A stretch of 64,000 nt of DNA from Candidatus Latescibacterota bacterium (GCA_965217865.1 CBDCJO010000002.1:2208001-2272000); one strand, 5' to 3'. Positions 38,272-48,132 are shown, counted from the stretch's first letter. A program made the numbers and translations. The notes: generated by a model from the sequence alone, not told the origin.

Positions 38272-40740
38272 ATGATGCAACGTCAGCGAATCGTCCCGGT
38301 TAATCTGGGCGACGAAATGAAGCAGTCGTATCTCGGCTATTCCATCAGCACCCTGGTCGCCAGGGCCCTTCCGGATGTTAGAGACGGCCTAAAGCCCTCC
38401 CAGAGGCGTATCCTGGTCGCCATGAACGACCTTAACCTCGGTCCTAACCGCCAACACCGTAAGTGTGCGAAAATCGTGGGGGATACATCCGGAAACTACC
38501 ACCCTCACGGGGAAGCGGTGGTCTACCCGACCCTGGTCCACCTCGCACAGGATTGGAAGATGCGCTATCCCCTGGTGGGCGGACAGGGGAACTTCGGCTC
38601 CATCGACGGGTACCCCCCCGCAGCGATGCGGTACACCGAGGCGAGGCTGGCCGGCCCGGCGATGGAGAGCCTGGCCGACCTGGACAAAGACACGGTGGAC
38701 TTCATTCCCAACTACGACGAACGCCTGCATGAGCCCACGGTCCTACCTTCGAAGTTTCCGAACCTGATCTGCAATGGTTCTACCGGTATCGGGGTGGCGA
38801 TGGCCACTCAGATCCCCCCTCAAAACCTGAACGAAGTCGTCGACGGGCTGGTGGCATTGATTGACGATCCCGACCTGGACGTTGAAGGGCTGATGGAGCA
38901 CATCAAGGGGCCGGACTTTCCGACCGGGGCGACGATCTTCGGAATCAGCGGGGTCCATGAGGCCTATCGGACCGGCCGGGGGGTGATCACCATTCGAGCA
39001 CGGGCTATCGTCGAGGGTTTGGCCAACGGGCGGGAGAATATCGTGATATCAGAAATCCCTTTCATGGTCGTGAAGGCCAACCTGCTCGAAAAGATGGCGG
39101 ACCTGGTCAAGGAAAAAAGGGTGGAGGGTATCTCCAACATACGGGACGAATCGGACCGGGACGGGTTGCGGATCGTGGTGGAGTTGAAGCGGGATGCGGA
39201 TGCCAATGTGGTGCTCAATCGGTTGTACAAGCACAGCATGCTACAATCCTCCTTCGGTGTTATCATGCTTGCCCTGGTCAATGGTTGGCCCAAGTTGCTA
39301 GATCTCAAAGGGGTCCTCCAAAACTTTGTCGACCACAGGCACAACGTAGTCGTACGCCGCGCGGAGTTCGAACTGGGCGTTGCGCAGCGTCGGGCCCACA
39401 TCCTGGAGGGTTTGAAGAAGGCCCTGGATCAGATCGATCTGGTTATCAAGATCATTCGAGGATCGGCCGATCCCGCGGTCGCCCGCGAGGGACTGATGTC
39501 CCGACTCGAACTCAGCACCGAACAGGCGCAGGCAATCCTCACCATGGCCCTCCAGCGGCTGACCGGCCTGGAGCGGCAGAAGATTGAGGATGAATATCTC
39601 GGCTTGCTCAAAGAGATCGCCTCCCTGGAGTCGCTGCTTCGCAGCAAGCCCACGCGCATGAAACTGATCAAGGATGAACTCCAGGAGATGAAGAAGAAGT
39701 ATGGGGACGAAAGGCGGACCGAGATTGTCCTCTCCGCGGATGAGTTTAACATTGAGGATTTGATTGCGGAAGAGGACATGGTGATATCGATATCCCACGC
39801 AGGCTACATCAAACGCATCCCGGTGAGTGCTTACCGCAGGCAGAGAAGGGGCGGAAGGGGGGTGACGGGGATGATCACCAAGGAAGCGGATTTCGTCGAG
39901 CATCTTTTCATCGCTTCCACACACTCCTACATCCTGTTCCTGACGAACAAGGGACGGTGCCACTGGCTGAAAGTTTACGATATCCCGCAAGGCGGTCGCA
40001 CGTCGAGAGGGAGGCCTGTCGTCAATATGCTTGAGGTGGGTTCCGGGGAGAAGCTTGCCGCCATTGTTCCGGTGAAGCAATTCGACGAAAACCACTACCT
40101 GATTCAATGTACGAAACAAGGGTTGGTCAAAAAGACTTCCCTGTTGTCTTACAGCAACCCCCGGAAAGGGGGGATCGTCGCCATAAACATTGTGGAGGGG
40201 GATTCTTTAATCGAGGCGGCCATCACCGACGGGACTCAGGACATCCTGATCTCGACGAAACATGGACAGGCTGTACGATTTTCGGAGTTGGAGGTCAGAG
40301 ATATGGGGCGGAGCGCCCAGGGCGTTAAAGGGATCAAACTCCGGGACGGGGACGAAGCCGTGGGGATGGTCGTCGTCAAACGGGAGGGTACGCTGCTGAC
40401 GGTCTGCCAGAATGGTTATGGAAAACGAACTCAGGTCTCGGACTATCGGGTGACTCACCGAGGGGGAATCGGAGTCATCGACATAAAGACCACAGACCGG
40501 AACGGATACGTTGTGGCGGTCAAGGAGGTCGTCGATGACGATGAGTTGATGATCATCTCCGAGATAGGCATCCTGATTCGACTTCCGATTCGGGATATCA
40601 AAGTCATCGGCCGGAATACGCAGGGGGTGCGCGTGATCAACCTGAGCGAAAATGACCGGGTTATCGATGTGGCGCGCGTGGTCGCTTCGTCGGAGGGAAA
40701 CGGCGAAAACGGGAATGGCGCCGCCGGCGGGGAGTCGTAG
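38272..40740 (+). CDS. gyrA: DNA gyrase subunit A
   Basis: RALPDVRDGLKP, HPHG, AAMRYTE, GPDFPT, GyrA box QRRGGRG, C-terminal beta-pinwheel repeats. Confidence 0.98.
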   Translation: MMQRQRIVPVNLGDEMKQSYLGYSISTLVARALPDVRDGLKPSQRRILVAMNDLNLGPNRQHRKCAKIVGDTSGNYHPHGEAVVYPTLVHLAQDWKMRYPLVGGQGNFGSIDGYPPAAMRYTEARLAGPAMESLADLDKDTVDFIPNYDERLHEPTVLPSKFPNLICNGSTGIGVAMATQIPPQNLNEVVDGLVALIDDPDLDVEGLMEHIKGPDFPTGATIFGISGVHEAYRTGRGVITIRARAIVEGLANGRENIVISEIPFMVVKANLLEKMADLVKEKRVEGISNIRDESDRDGLRIVVELKRDADANVVLNRLYKHSMLQSSFGVIMLALVNGWPKLLDLKGVLQNFVDHRHNVVVRRAEFELGVAQRRAHILEGLKKALDQIDLVIKIIRGSADPAVAREGLMSRLELSTEQAQAILTMALQRLTGLERQKIEDEYLGLLKEIASLESLLRSKPTRMKLIKDELQEMKKKYGDERRTEIVLSADEFNIEDLIAEEDMVISISHAGYIKRIPVSAYRRQRRGGRGVTGMITKEADFVEHLFIASTHSYILFLTNKGRCHWLKVYDIPQGGRTSRGRPVVNMLEVGSGEKLAAIVPVKQFDENHYLIQCTKQGLVKKTSLLSYSNPRKGGIVAINIVEGDSLIEAAITDGTQDILISTKHGQAVRFSELEVRDMGRSAQGVKGIKLRDGDEAVGMVVVKREGTLLTVCQNGYGKRTQVSDYRVTHRGGIGVIDIKTTDRNGYVVAVKEVVDDDELMIISEIGILIRLPIRDIKVIGRNTQGVRVINLSENDRVIDVARVVASSEGNGENGNGAAGGES

Positions 40741-40797
40741 GTCATAGGATAGGGCTTCACTGCCCGCGGCTGTGGGGAAATATCCTGACGTGTCAGA

Positions 40798-40832
40798 AAT
40801 AGCCCTGGTCCGGCGGTCCAGGGCTATTATTA
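40798..40832. terminator. Hairpin after gyrA, putative terminator
   Basis: Perfect 11-bp stem AATAGCCCTGG-N9-CCAGGGCTATT with AT-rich flanks. Confidence 0.55.
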
Positions 40833-40844
40833 AATAGAGGTGGG

Positions 40845-43811
40845 ATGACTAAAAAGAAAACCACAGGACCCAATTCACCAGATTCCAGAGCCCGATCCTT
40901 GAGGGGCGGCCATCGTCTTTACCTCCTCCTGGCCCTGGTCCTTGCGCTCCATATCGCTCCGTCCAAAGGCCTGGCGATTTTTGAGCGCGTCAACTCGCCG
41001 AACCCGGCCGACCCGATGGCGGTCCATATCTACCGGCTCGAGAACGGCCTGACGGTTTACCTGACGGCGAATCGTGAAAAGCCGCGCTTTTACGCGGAAG
41101 TTGCCGTGCGTGCCGGAAGCAAGCACGACCCATCTGAGTCCACCGGCCTTGCGCACTATCTGGAACACATGCTCTTAAAAGGGACAGACCGGATCGGCAC
41201 CCTGGACCATGCCACAGAAAGGGTCCACCTGGACAGGATCTCCGAACTGTATGAAGAGCTCTTTAAGGAATCCGATCCTGATAGGCGGGAGGGGATCTAT
41301 GCGGAGATCAACAAAGAATCTCAACTGGCCTCCCGGTACGCAATTCCGAACGAGATAGACAAGCTGTATAAGGAGATGGGGGGGGGGCATAATGCGTCAA
41401 CGTGGCACGAACAGACGGTCTACCAGGTGGATCTCCCGGCCAACCGGCTCGTTCAGTGGGCGGTCGTGGAATCGGAGCGGTTCCGCCGACCCGTCTTTCG
41501 GTTTTTTCAGCCCGAACTCGAGGTGGTCTACGAAGAGAAGAACCGTTCTCAGGACAACAAAGACCGGATTATCCGAGAAGCGGTCGGCGGGATCCTGTAT
41601 AAGAACCATCCCTACGGCCAGCAAACCACCCTGGGGAAAGCGGAACACCTGAAGAACCCCTCCCTGAAAAATATGTATTGGTTCTTGGATACCTTCTATG
41701 TCCCGGATAACATGGCCATACTCATCTCGGGGGATTTCGATATTGAGGAGGCCATCCGGACGGTTGACCGGCACTTCTCCGGCTTGCCGCCGAAGGCGCT
41801 CCCCAGGCCGAAGGGCTGGGAAGAGGCCCCTCTCCGCGGACGAGAATTCGTCTCGGTGTCTTACGAGGGAGAGGAGTACGCGCTCATCGCCTTCCGGACC
41901 GCGGAACGAAATCACCCAGATGCGGAAGTCTTTAAACTCCTGGACATGGTCCTGGACAATCGGACGGCGGGACTGATCAACCTCAACCTCAACCAGCAAC
42001 AGAGGGTCCGCCGGGCTGGGTCGTATCCCAACATGCACAACGACTACGGCGCCCAGTACTTGTGGGGGATCCCCAAAAAGGGACAGTCACTGGAGGAAGT
42101 GGAAGGGCTCCTTTTGGATCAGGTGACTCTCATCAAAAAAGGGGAGTTTGAAGATTGGATCCTTCCGGCCATTATTGTCGATTTCGAAAAGAGCCGGAAG
42201 CGTCAGATGGAATCGAACAGAGGTCGGGTGGGTCAGATGCGGGAGGCATTTCTGGCTTTTCAGGACTGGGACCACGCGGTTGGAGAGATCGCACGGATGG
42301 GAAAGGTGACTAAAGAGGATCTCGTCCAAGCCGCAAAAATTACCTTTGGGGACGATTATGTTGTGGGAAATCGTGTGGATGAGCGGCGTGAAGTGCCCAA
42401 GATTGAAAAACCGAAGATGGATAAAATCGACATCGATCCAACCCGACGGTCGGTTTTTTTCGACCGCGTGATTTCCATGCCTTATGAAGGGATTGAACCT
42501 GAATTTATAGACCCCCAAGTAGACTACCGAAAGGTCGATTTTCACGACGGGGTCGTGCTCTCCTACACACCAAACCCCATCAATGACCTGTTCACCCTGA
42601 GCATCGCCATAGATATCGGAAACAACCAGGACAACCGAATAGGCATCGCCACAAGGCTGATCGACAAATCGGGCACCGCGACTTATGGACCCGAGGACCT
42701 CAAGAAAGAATGGTATAAGCTCGGGACGGACTTCAGCATCGGCTCCGGAACCGATGAGACCACGATTCGTATTTCGGGTCTGGACGAAAACCTCGAAGCT
42801 TCGCTTGTCCTGATGATGGACGTCATGAAAAACCCGAAGGCGGACAAGGTCGTTCTGGACGAGTTGATAAAGATCATCCTTGTCGGGCGGGAGGATGCCA
42901 GGAAGGATCCACGGACCATCAGACGGGCCCTTGCCCACTACAGTCGTCACCGCGCGGACTCACGGTATCTTCGGGTGCTCCCGAGTCGAGATGTTCAGAG
43001 GCTTACTGTGGACGAACTCCATAACCTCGTTCGGGGGCTGTTGAACCACAAACATACGATAAGCTATACCGGGTCCCTCCCCCTGGATCAGGTCGTTGTG
43101 ATCCTGAAACGCAACCATCCCATCTCGGGGACCCTGACGGACCCCCCGCCTTATCTGTTCCTGAAGGCACAGGTCCCTGAAGAGACCGAGATTCGCTATT
43201 TACACAAAGAGGTTGCACAGGCACAGGTCTACCTGGAATTTGGAGACGAAGATTACAACGAAGCCAATATCCCCGCAATCCAGTTGTACAATTCCTACTT
43301 TGCCGGGGGAATGTCTGGAGTGGTGTTTCAGGAGCTGCGGGAAGCTCGGGCCCTTGCGTACGCAACCGGGGCGGGCTACACGCCGGGACACCGAAAAGGC
43401 GATCAGAATCTGGTATGGGGGGGGCTGGGTTGTCAGGCAGACAAGACGCCCGAAGCGGTCGAAACCTTTATCGATCTGATGGACAACCTGCCGGTTTCCT
43501 CTCAGCGGTTCGAGTCCTCCCAAGAGTCTATCCTCAACCAATACCGAAGCTCAAAGCTGGGCTTCCGGGAAATCCTAGGTGCCGTTCGATCCTGGGAGCG
43601 GCTGAAAGTCCGGGTTGATCCGAGAAGGTCCCGTTACGAAAAGGTTCTGAACGCTGACATGAATCTGATGCTGCAGTTTCACAAAGCACACATAGAAGGT
43701 CGGTTAAAACTGGTCTCCGTTGTCGGGGATACCAGTCGGATCGACATGGAGCGACTGGGAAAGAGTGGAAATTTGATGGCGGTGGAGCTCGACGATATAT
43801 TTATTTTCTGA
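40845..43811 (+). CDS. Secreted M16 family zinc peptidase (PqqL-like)
   Basis: Signal peptide, LENGLTVYL, GSKHDP, inverted zinc motif HYLEH, VYEE, FYVPDNM, ELREARALAY. Confidence 0.92.
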   Translation: MTKKKTTGPNSPDSRARSLRGGHRLYLLLALVLALHIAPSKGLAIFERVNSPNPADPMAVHIYRLENGLTVYLTANREKPRFYAEVAVRAGSKHDPSESTGLAHYLEHMLLKGTDRIGTLDHATERVHLDRISELYEELFKESDPDRREGIYAEINKESQLASRYAIPNEIDKLYKEMGGGHNASTWHEQTVYQVDLPANRLVQWAVVESERFRRPVFRFFQPELEVVYEEKNRSQDNKDRIIREAVGGILYKNHPYGQQTTLGKAEHLKNPSLKNMYWFLDTFYVPDNMAILISGDFDIEEAIRTVDRHFSGLPPKALPRPKGWEEAPLRGREFVSVSYEGEEYALIAFRTAERNHPDAEVFKLLDMVLDNRTAGLINLNLNQQQRVRRAGSYPNMHNDYGAQYLWGIPKKGQSLEEVEGLLLDQVTLIKKGEFEDWILPAIIVDFEKSRKRQMESNRGRVGQMREAFLAFQDWDHAVGEIARMGKVTKEDLVQAAKITFGDDYVVGNRVDERREVPKIEKPKMDKIDIDPTRRSVFFDRVISMPYEGIEPEFIDPQVDYRKVDFHDGVVLSYTPNPINDLFTLSIAIDIGNNQDNRIGIATRLIDKSGTATYGPEDLKKEWYKLGTDFSIGSGTDETTIRISGLDENLEASLVLMMDVMKNPKADKVVLDELIKIILVGREDARKDPRTIRRALAHYSRHRADSRYLRVLPSRDVQRLTVDELHNLVRGLLNHKHTISYTGSLPLDQVVVILKRNHPISGTLTDPPPYLFLKAQVPEETEIRYLHKEVAQAQVYLEFGDEDYNEANIPAIQLYNSYFAGGMSGVVFQELREARALAYATGAGYTPGHRKGDQNLVWGGLGCQADKTPEAVETFIDLMDNLPVSSQRFESSQESILNQYRSSKLGFREILGAVRSWERLKVRVDPRRSRYEKVLNADMNLMLQFHKAHIEGRLKLVSVVGDTSRIDMERLGKSGNLMAVELDDIFIF

Positions 43812-43913
43812 TTGGTCGGAGGGGGGGTAACGGCCCCCGGAAGGTCATCATTCCGTTTTCCTGCGGGAGTGGTTTTGGTAACCTGCAATTTTAACCGGCG
43901 TCCATCAAAAAGT

Positions 43914-44813
43914 TTGTGCGATCGTTCGAGTGAGGCGTTAGAGCAGTTTGTGGCACACATAGCCGTGGAGCGGGGCCTGTCGAAGAACACCCTGGAGGCC
44001 TATCGGCGCGACCTTTTACGCTATGTTCAATTTCTGGAAGAATCCGGCATTGAGGATGCTGCCCGTGCGGATCAGAGCCATGTCTCGGCCTTCGTGCGAT
44101 CGCTCGACGGTATCGGTTTGGAGCGGACCAGCATTGCTCGAAACCTGTCTGCGATGAAAGTGTTCCATCGTTTCCTCGCGTCCGAGGGATTGTCGGAACA
44201 AGATCCGACCCGGAACGTTCATCCGCCGAGGACCCGCCGGGGATTGCCCGTAGTGCTCAATATCTTTGAAGTGGAACGAATCCTGGAACAGCCGGATCTT
44301 TCCACGCCGTTAGGGATTCGGGACAGGGCGATGATGGAGATGCTTTACGCCGTTGGGATCCGGGTCTCCGAGTTGGTCGAAATGGGTTGTTCGGATCTTA
44401 TGTTTGATGCTGGAATCGTGCGGGTGGTGGGAAAGGGGAATAAAGAGCGCGTTGTTCCGATCGGGGCAGAAGCAGCCGAATTTGCGATCGTTCATCTGAG
44501 AGAGGTCAGGCCTAGTTTGGCCAGGCCTTTCTCCGGGGATGCCCTGTTCCTGAACTGGAGAGGGCGACGGCTCTCAAGGATGGCGGTCTGGAAGATGATC
44601 AAAAGATACACCAAAGGCGCGGGAATCCGGAAGCGGGTAAGCCCCCATACCCTCCGGCATTCGTTTGCAACCCATTTGCTTGAAGGTGGGGCGGACCTGA
44701 GGGCGGTTCAGGAGATGCTGGGTCACGCCGATATCGCCACCACACAGATCTATACCCACCTGGACCGGGAATACCTCAAGGAAGTGCATCGGACGTATCA
44801 TCCCAGGGGATAG
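43914..44813 (+). CDS. xerD: Site-specific tyrosine recombinase XerD
   Basis: ERGLSKNTLEAYRRDL, RDRAMMEMLYAVGIRVSEL, GKGNKERVVP, SPHTLRHSFATHLLEGGADLRAVQEMLGHADIATTQIYTH; start approximate. Confidence 0.93.
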   Translation: MCDRSSEALEQFVAHIAVERGLSKNTLEAYRRDLLRYVQFLEESGIEDAARADQSHVSAFVRSLDGIGLERTSIARNLSAMKVFHRFLASEGLSEQDPTRNVHPPRTRRGLPVVLNIFEVERILEQPDLSTPLGIRDRAMMEMLYAVGIRVSELVEMGCSDLMFDAGIVRVVGKGNKERVVPIGAEAAEFAIVHLREVRPSLARPFSGDALFLNWRGRRLSRMAVWKMIKRYTKGAGIRKRVSPHTLRHSFATHLLEGGADLRAVQEMLGHADIATTQIYTHLDREYLKEVHRTYHPRG

Positions 44814-44834
44814 CTGAATAGATCGGTCTTGATC

Positions 44835-45266
44835 CTACACCCCCGAACTCCCGAATCCTCCCGAAGCCCTGCTGGTCTCGTCCAATCTCTCCACAATTTC
44901 CAACCGTGCCGTTTCCACACGCGCGAAGACCATCTGTGCGATCTTTTGGCCTTGTTGAATCGCAACGGTCTCCTGGCCAAGATTGATCAGAATGACGCCG
45001 ACCTCTCCCCGGTAACCTGAGTCGATCGTCCCGGGTGTGTTGAGGATGGTCAATCCCTGCTTGACGGCCAAACCGCTTTTGGGGCGCACCTGTCCTTCAT
45101 AACCATCCGGAATGGCCAAGGCCACCCCTGTTGGGACCAGGGCCCGCTCACCGGGCTTGAGGGTGTGATGCGACGCGGCATAGAGATCGACCCCAGCATC
45201 CCCCGGGTGGGCATAGTCGGGAATCTTGGCGTGGGGCCGAACTTTATTGACCTTGACCTGGATCAT
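44835..45266 (-). CDS. dut: dUTP diphosphatase
   Basis: AGVDL, VRPKSGLA, NTPGTIDSGYRGE, IAQ, RASGGFGSSG. Confidence 0.97.
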   Translation of the reverse strand: MIQVKVNKVRPHAKIPDYAHPGDAGVDLYAASHHTLKPGERALVPTGVALAIPDGYEGQVRPKSGLAVKQGLTILNTPGTIDSGYRGEVGVILINLGQETVAIQQGQKIAQMVFARVETARLEIVERLDETSRASGGFGSSGV

Positions 45267-45312
45267 TGCAAAAGGCCTCCCGCGTTTTTGGATCCGGGCA
45301 AATTCGTCATTC

Positions 45313-45846
45313 CTATTTCATCTTTAAGTCCAATCGGACGAACCAAGCCCTGTTTTCCCGGGCAAGGGATAACCTGTTCGTGTCGGACCCCCATAAATGC
45401 GCATCCACGTATGCGTCCACTGCACTGTAGAATATGAGCCCCAGCGCCGTAAAGATGAACACGTTTCGCCTGGGTGCCGATGGATCGACCGCCCTTTCCC
45501 GGTCCAGTTGTCTTTTTCTGATGACGATCCCGACGAAGGAAGCGACCTCGGCCGCAGCAATGACCCCGCCCTTGATCGGCCGGGCGTTGTAAAACTGACC
45601 CCACCCCGGCAGGACAACGGATCGAAAAGCGGCCGCTCGGGGAGACCTCAAGGGGACAGTCCGGCTGGAGGATGCCGCCGAATCCTGCTGGACCGTTAGG
45701 GTGTCGGCTCCCATCGCTTCGGTCCAGGTGAAGGCCGTCATCATCGAGAATAGGCAACACCCGATCTGCGCCAGGCTGCCGAAACGAGGGGGGAGATGAC
45801 GAATAGCCAGGGGGATTGAGGCGAGAGGATCGAGGGAGAGCGTCAT
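45313..45846 (-). CDS. DUF5683-like membrane protein
   Basis: SPRAAAFRSVVLPGWGQFYN...K and SAVDAYVDAHL motifs. Confidence 0.7.
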   Translation of the reverse strand: MTLSLDPLASIPLAIRHLPPRFGSLAQIGCCLFSMMTAFTWTEAMGADTLTVQQDSAASSSRTVPLRSPRAAAFRSVVLPGWGQFYNARPIKGGVIAAAEVASFVGIVIRKRQLDRERAVDPSAPRRNVFIFTALGLIFYSAVDAYVDAHLWGSDTNRLSLARENRAWFVRLDLKMK

Positions 45847-45854
45847 GGACGCCG

Positions 45855-46364
45855 TTACGGGTTTGGGGACCGGATGCGCCGAATGAGTATAGTATCGGTT
45901 TGCGGCATGTCGGTCGGAGGAAATTGGTTGGCGGGAATCCGTTGGCCCGGGCGATACTTGCTCCGCTCAAGGGAACCTACGGCAATCAATTCGTAGTCTT
46001 CGTCCTTGCCTTTCCGTTCCATTCCAAAAAGGCAGGTGGTTCGCCAGGTTCCCGTCTTGCTGGGCCTGGATGTAAAGCTCTGAACCATCCACGAATCCCC
46101 CAACAGGGGGTGGACAAGAACGAACACCTGATACTCCCGATCGGAGACCGTCCCCTGGACGGTGGCCTTCCAGCCTGTTTCGATCGGGTGGCCGGCCGTG
46201 GCGTAAACCGAGTCCATGGTCGAAGTCATCCCTATCTTGAGGATCTCCACACGAACGCTATCAGGTGAAACCTGGGTAGGCAAGAGTCCGAAGGGAGCAG
46301 GAGGCTGTCCTTCGAGGATGACCGGAGTCCCCACCAGGAGGACCAGAAGCAGATGAAAGATCAT
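45855..46364 (-). CDS. Secreted hypothetical protein (beta-rich)
   Basis: ATGA overlap with eda; signal peptide; VFVLVHP...WMVQ...GTW....FG...YELIAV. Confidence 0.65.
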   Translation of the reverse strand: MIFHLLLVLLVGTPVILEGQPPAPFGLLPTQVSPDSVRVEILKIGMTSTMDSVYATAGHPIETGWKATVQGTVSDREYQVFVLVHPLLGDSWMVQSFTSRPSKTGTWRTTCLFGMERKGKDEDYELIAVGSLERSKYRPGQRIPANQFPPTDMPQTDTILIRRIRSPNP

Positions 46365-46996
46365 GTTCGCGCCTTTCTGACCTCTTCGACGAATTTTCGT
46401 GCCGTTTCTGCAACCACGTGAAATTGGCCTGCCGCTACAGCTTTCTTATCGATCATTGCGCTCCCCGCGCCGAGCGCACAAGCCCCCGCCCTGATGAAGC
46501 TTCCAGCTGTGGTCAGGTCGACGCCCCCCGTGGGCATCAGTCGGACCTGTGGTAATGGTCCTTTCACATCCTTAAAATAGGCGGGTCCACCCACGGAGGC
46601 CGGGAACACCTTCACGATGTCCGCACCGGCCTGCCAGGCTGTCAGGATCTCGGTCGGGGTGAAGGCGCCGGGCATCACGAGTTTTCCATACCGTTTGGCC
46701 ATCTCGACGACGCCAGGGTGGAAGGTCGGGCCGACGATGTATTCGGCACCGGCCAGGATGGCGGCCCGGGCGGTTTCAGGATCCAGCACCGATCCTGCGC
46801 CGATGATGGAATCCTTCATCTTTACAGCGGCATCTTCGATGACCTTGAGAGCCCCCGGTGTGGTCATGGTCATCTCAAGGGTAACGACCCCACCATCCCG
46901 CAGGGCTTTCGACACGTCGATGAGCTCTGTGGAGGAGTCTGCTCGCAACACCGCAACGACGCCACAATCGATAATTCGATCCAGGGTTCCGTTCAT
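46361..46996 (-). CDS. eda: KDPG/KHG aldolase
   Basis: VVAVLR, LEMTMT, GAGSVL, PGAFTPTEI, VKVFPA, MPTGGV. Confidence 0.95.
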   Translation of the reverse strand: MNGTLDRIIDCGVVAVLRADSSTELIDVSKALRDGGVVTLEMTMTTPGALKVIEDAAVKMKDSIIGAGSVLDPETARAAILAGAEYIVGPTFHPGVVEMAKRYGKLVMPGAFTPTEILTAWQAGADIVKVFPASVGGPAYFKDVKGPLPQVRLMPTGGVDLTTAGSFIRAGACALGAGSAMIDKKAVAAGQFHVVAETARKFVEEVRKART

Positions 46997-47012
46997 AGCG
47001 GATTGAAATTCC

Positions 47013-48056
47013 TCATCTGAGGATCCTCACACTCCCACCTTTGATGATCTTTTTCGCTTCGGGGGCCGTCGCCCAGTTCACGTCGCCCGTGAAGGTATGT
47101 GCGAGTGCGGAATATGCCCCTGCGAAGTCCACGGCTTCCTGAGAATTCATATCGTTCAGGAAGGAATAGATCAAACCTGCGGAGAAACTGTCACCCCCAC
47201 CAACGCGGTCCACGATTTCTAACCCCTGGTATACCCGGGAAAGGAAAAAGTCGGCCCCGTCGAACAGCAGCGTCCGCCAGTCGTTCAGGAGGCCGCTGGT
47301 CGCGACCCGGAGGGTTGTCCCCACTTTTTGAATGTTCGGATACATCTCAACCGCCCGGCGGGCGACCTGCTTGTAACTCTCGGGTTCCAGTTTGTCGAAT
47401 TGTTCGGTCGTGCCGGCAGCCTTCAGGCCCAGGACTTTCTCGAAGTCCTCCTCATTTCCGACGAGGACAGACACGAAGGGCATGAACTGCTTGGTGGTCT
47501 CCTTGGCCTTTGATGAGGTCCAGAGCGCCGACCGAAAATTGAGGTCATAACTGGTTGTGACCCCCGCGTCGTTGGCGGCCTTTAAAGCTTCCAGCGTCAC
47601 TTCAGAGGCTGAATCGGAGAGGGCGGGGGTGATCCCGCTGACATGGAACCACCTCGCTCCATCGAATATGGCCCGCCAGGGGATTTCCCCTGGTTTCACG
47701 TGTGAGATGGCCGAGTGGGCCCGGTCGTAGGTGACGGCGCTTGCCCGAGGACCGACCCCGAGTTCCAGGTGGTAGAATCCATTCCGCTCACGTCCTACAC
47801 CGTCGAAATCCACCCAGACGATGTGGGATATATCGACTCCCCGTTCTCGCCCCTTGTTTCGGATGATCCGGCCCGTCCAGTTATCGACCAGGCGCGACAC
47901 CCACGCGGCCTTCAGACCCAAGGTGGCACATGCCACCGCCACGTTGAATTCCCCCCCCCCCACGTTTACGTCTAAGGAGGCGGCGTTCTCCAGGCGAAGG
48001 TGATCGGGTGAAGAGAGGCGTATCATCGCCTCTCCGAATGAGATCACGTCGAACAC
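47013..48056 (-). CDS. kdgK: 2-keto-3-deoxygluconate kinase (PfkB family)
   Basis: FGEAMIRLS, GGGEFNVA, YDRAHSA, HVSGITPALS, DLNFR..LW, NEED, IVDRVGGGDSF; directly upstream of eda. Confidence 0.9.
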   Translation of the reverse strand: MFDVISFGEAMIRLSSPDHLRLENAASLDVNVGGGEFNVAVACATLGLKAAWVSRLVDNWTGRIIRNKGRERGVDISHIVWVDFDGVGRERNGFYHLELGVGPRASAVTYDRAHSAISHVKPGEIPWRAIFDGARWFHVSGITPALSDSASEVTLEALKAANDAGVTTSYDLNFRSALWTSSKAKETTKQFMPFVSVLVGNEEDFEKVLGLKAAGTTEQFDKLEPESYKQVARRAVEMYPNIQKVGTTLRVATSGLLNDWRTLLFDGADFFLSRVYQGLEIVDRVGGGDSFSAGLIYSFLNDMNSQEAVDFAGAYSALAHTFTGDVNWATAPEAKKIIKGGSVRILR

Positions 48057-48132
48057 TACAACCTCCTGCGTTGCCTCCTCACTCCTCCGGATCGGGAGAA
48101 ACGGAGACGGGGAGATTCCCCGTGTTTAGGCA

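Noticed and set aside
36916-38280. 454-aa minus-strand ORF, and similar long ORFs at 7691-9124, 2876-3745, 50348-51316, 52805-53821 and 54974-56086
   Set aside because: They are antisense shadows of well-supported genes in GC-rich DNA and carry no recognisable motifs.
40741-40797. Short stems after gyrA (GGATA..TATCC, GGGC..GCCC, CTGAC..GTCAG) as a riboswitch
   Set aside because: The stems are short and match no riboswitch consensus I can recognise.
43914-44813. Tyrosine recombinase as a prophage or island integrase
   Set aside because: It has canonical XerD signatures and housekeeping neighbours, with no att repeats, tRNA or phage genes.
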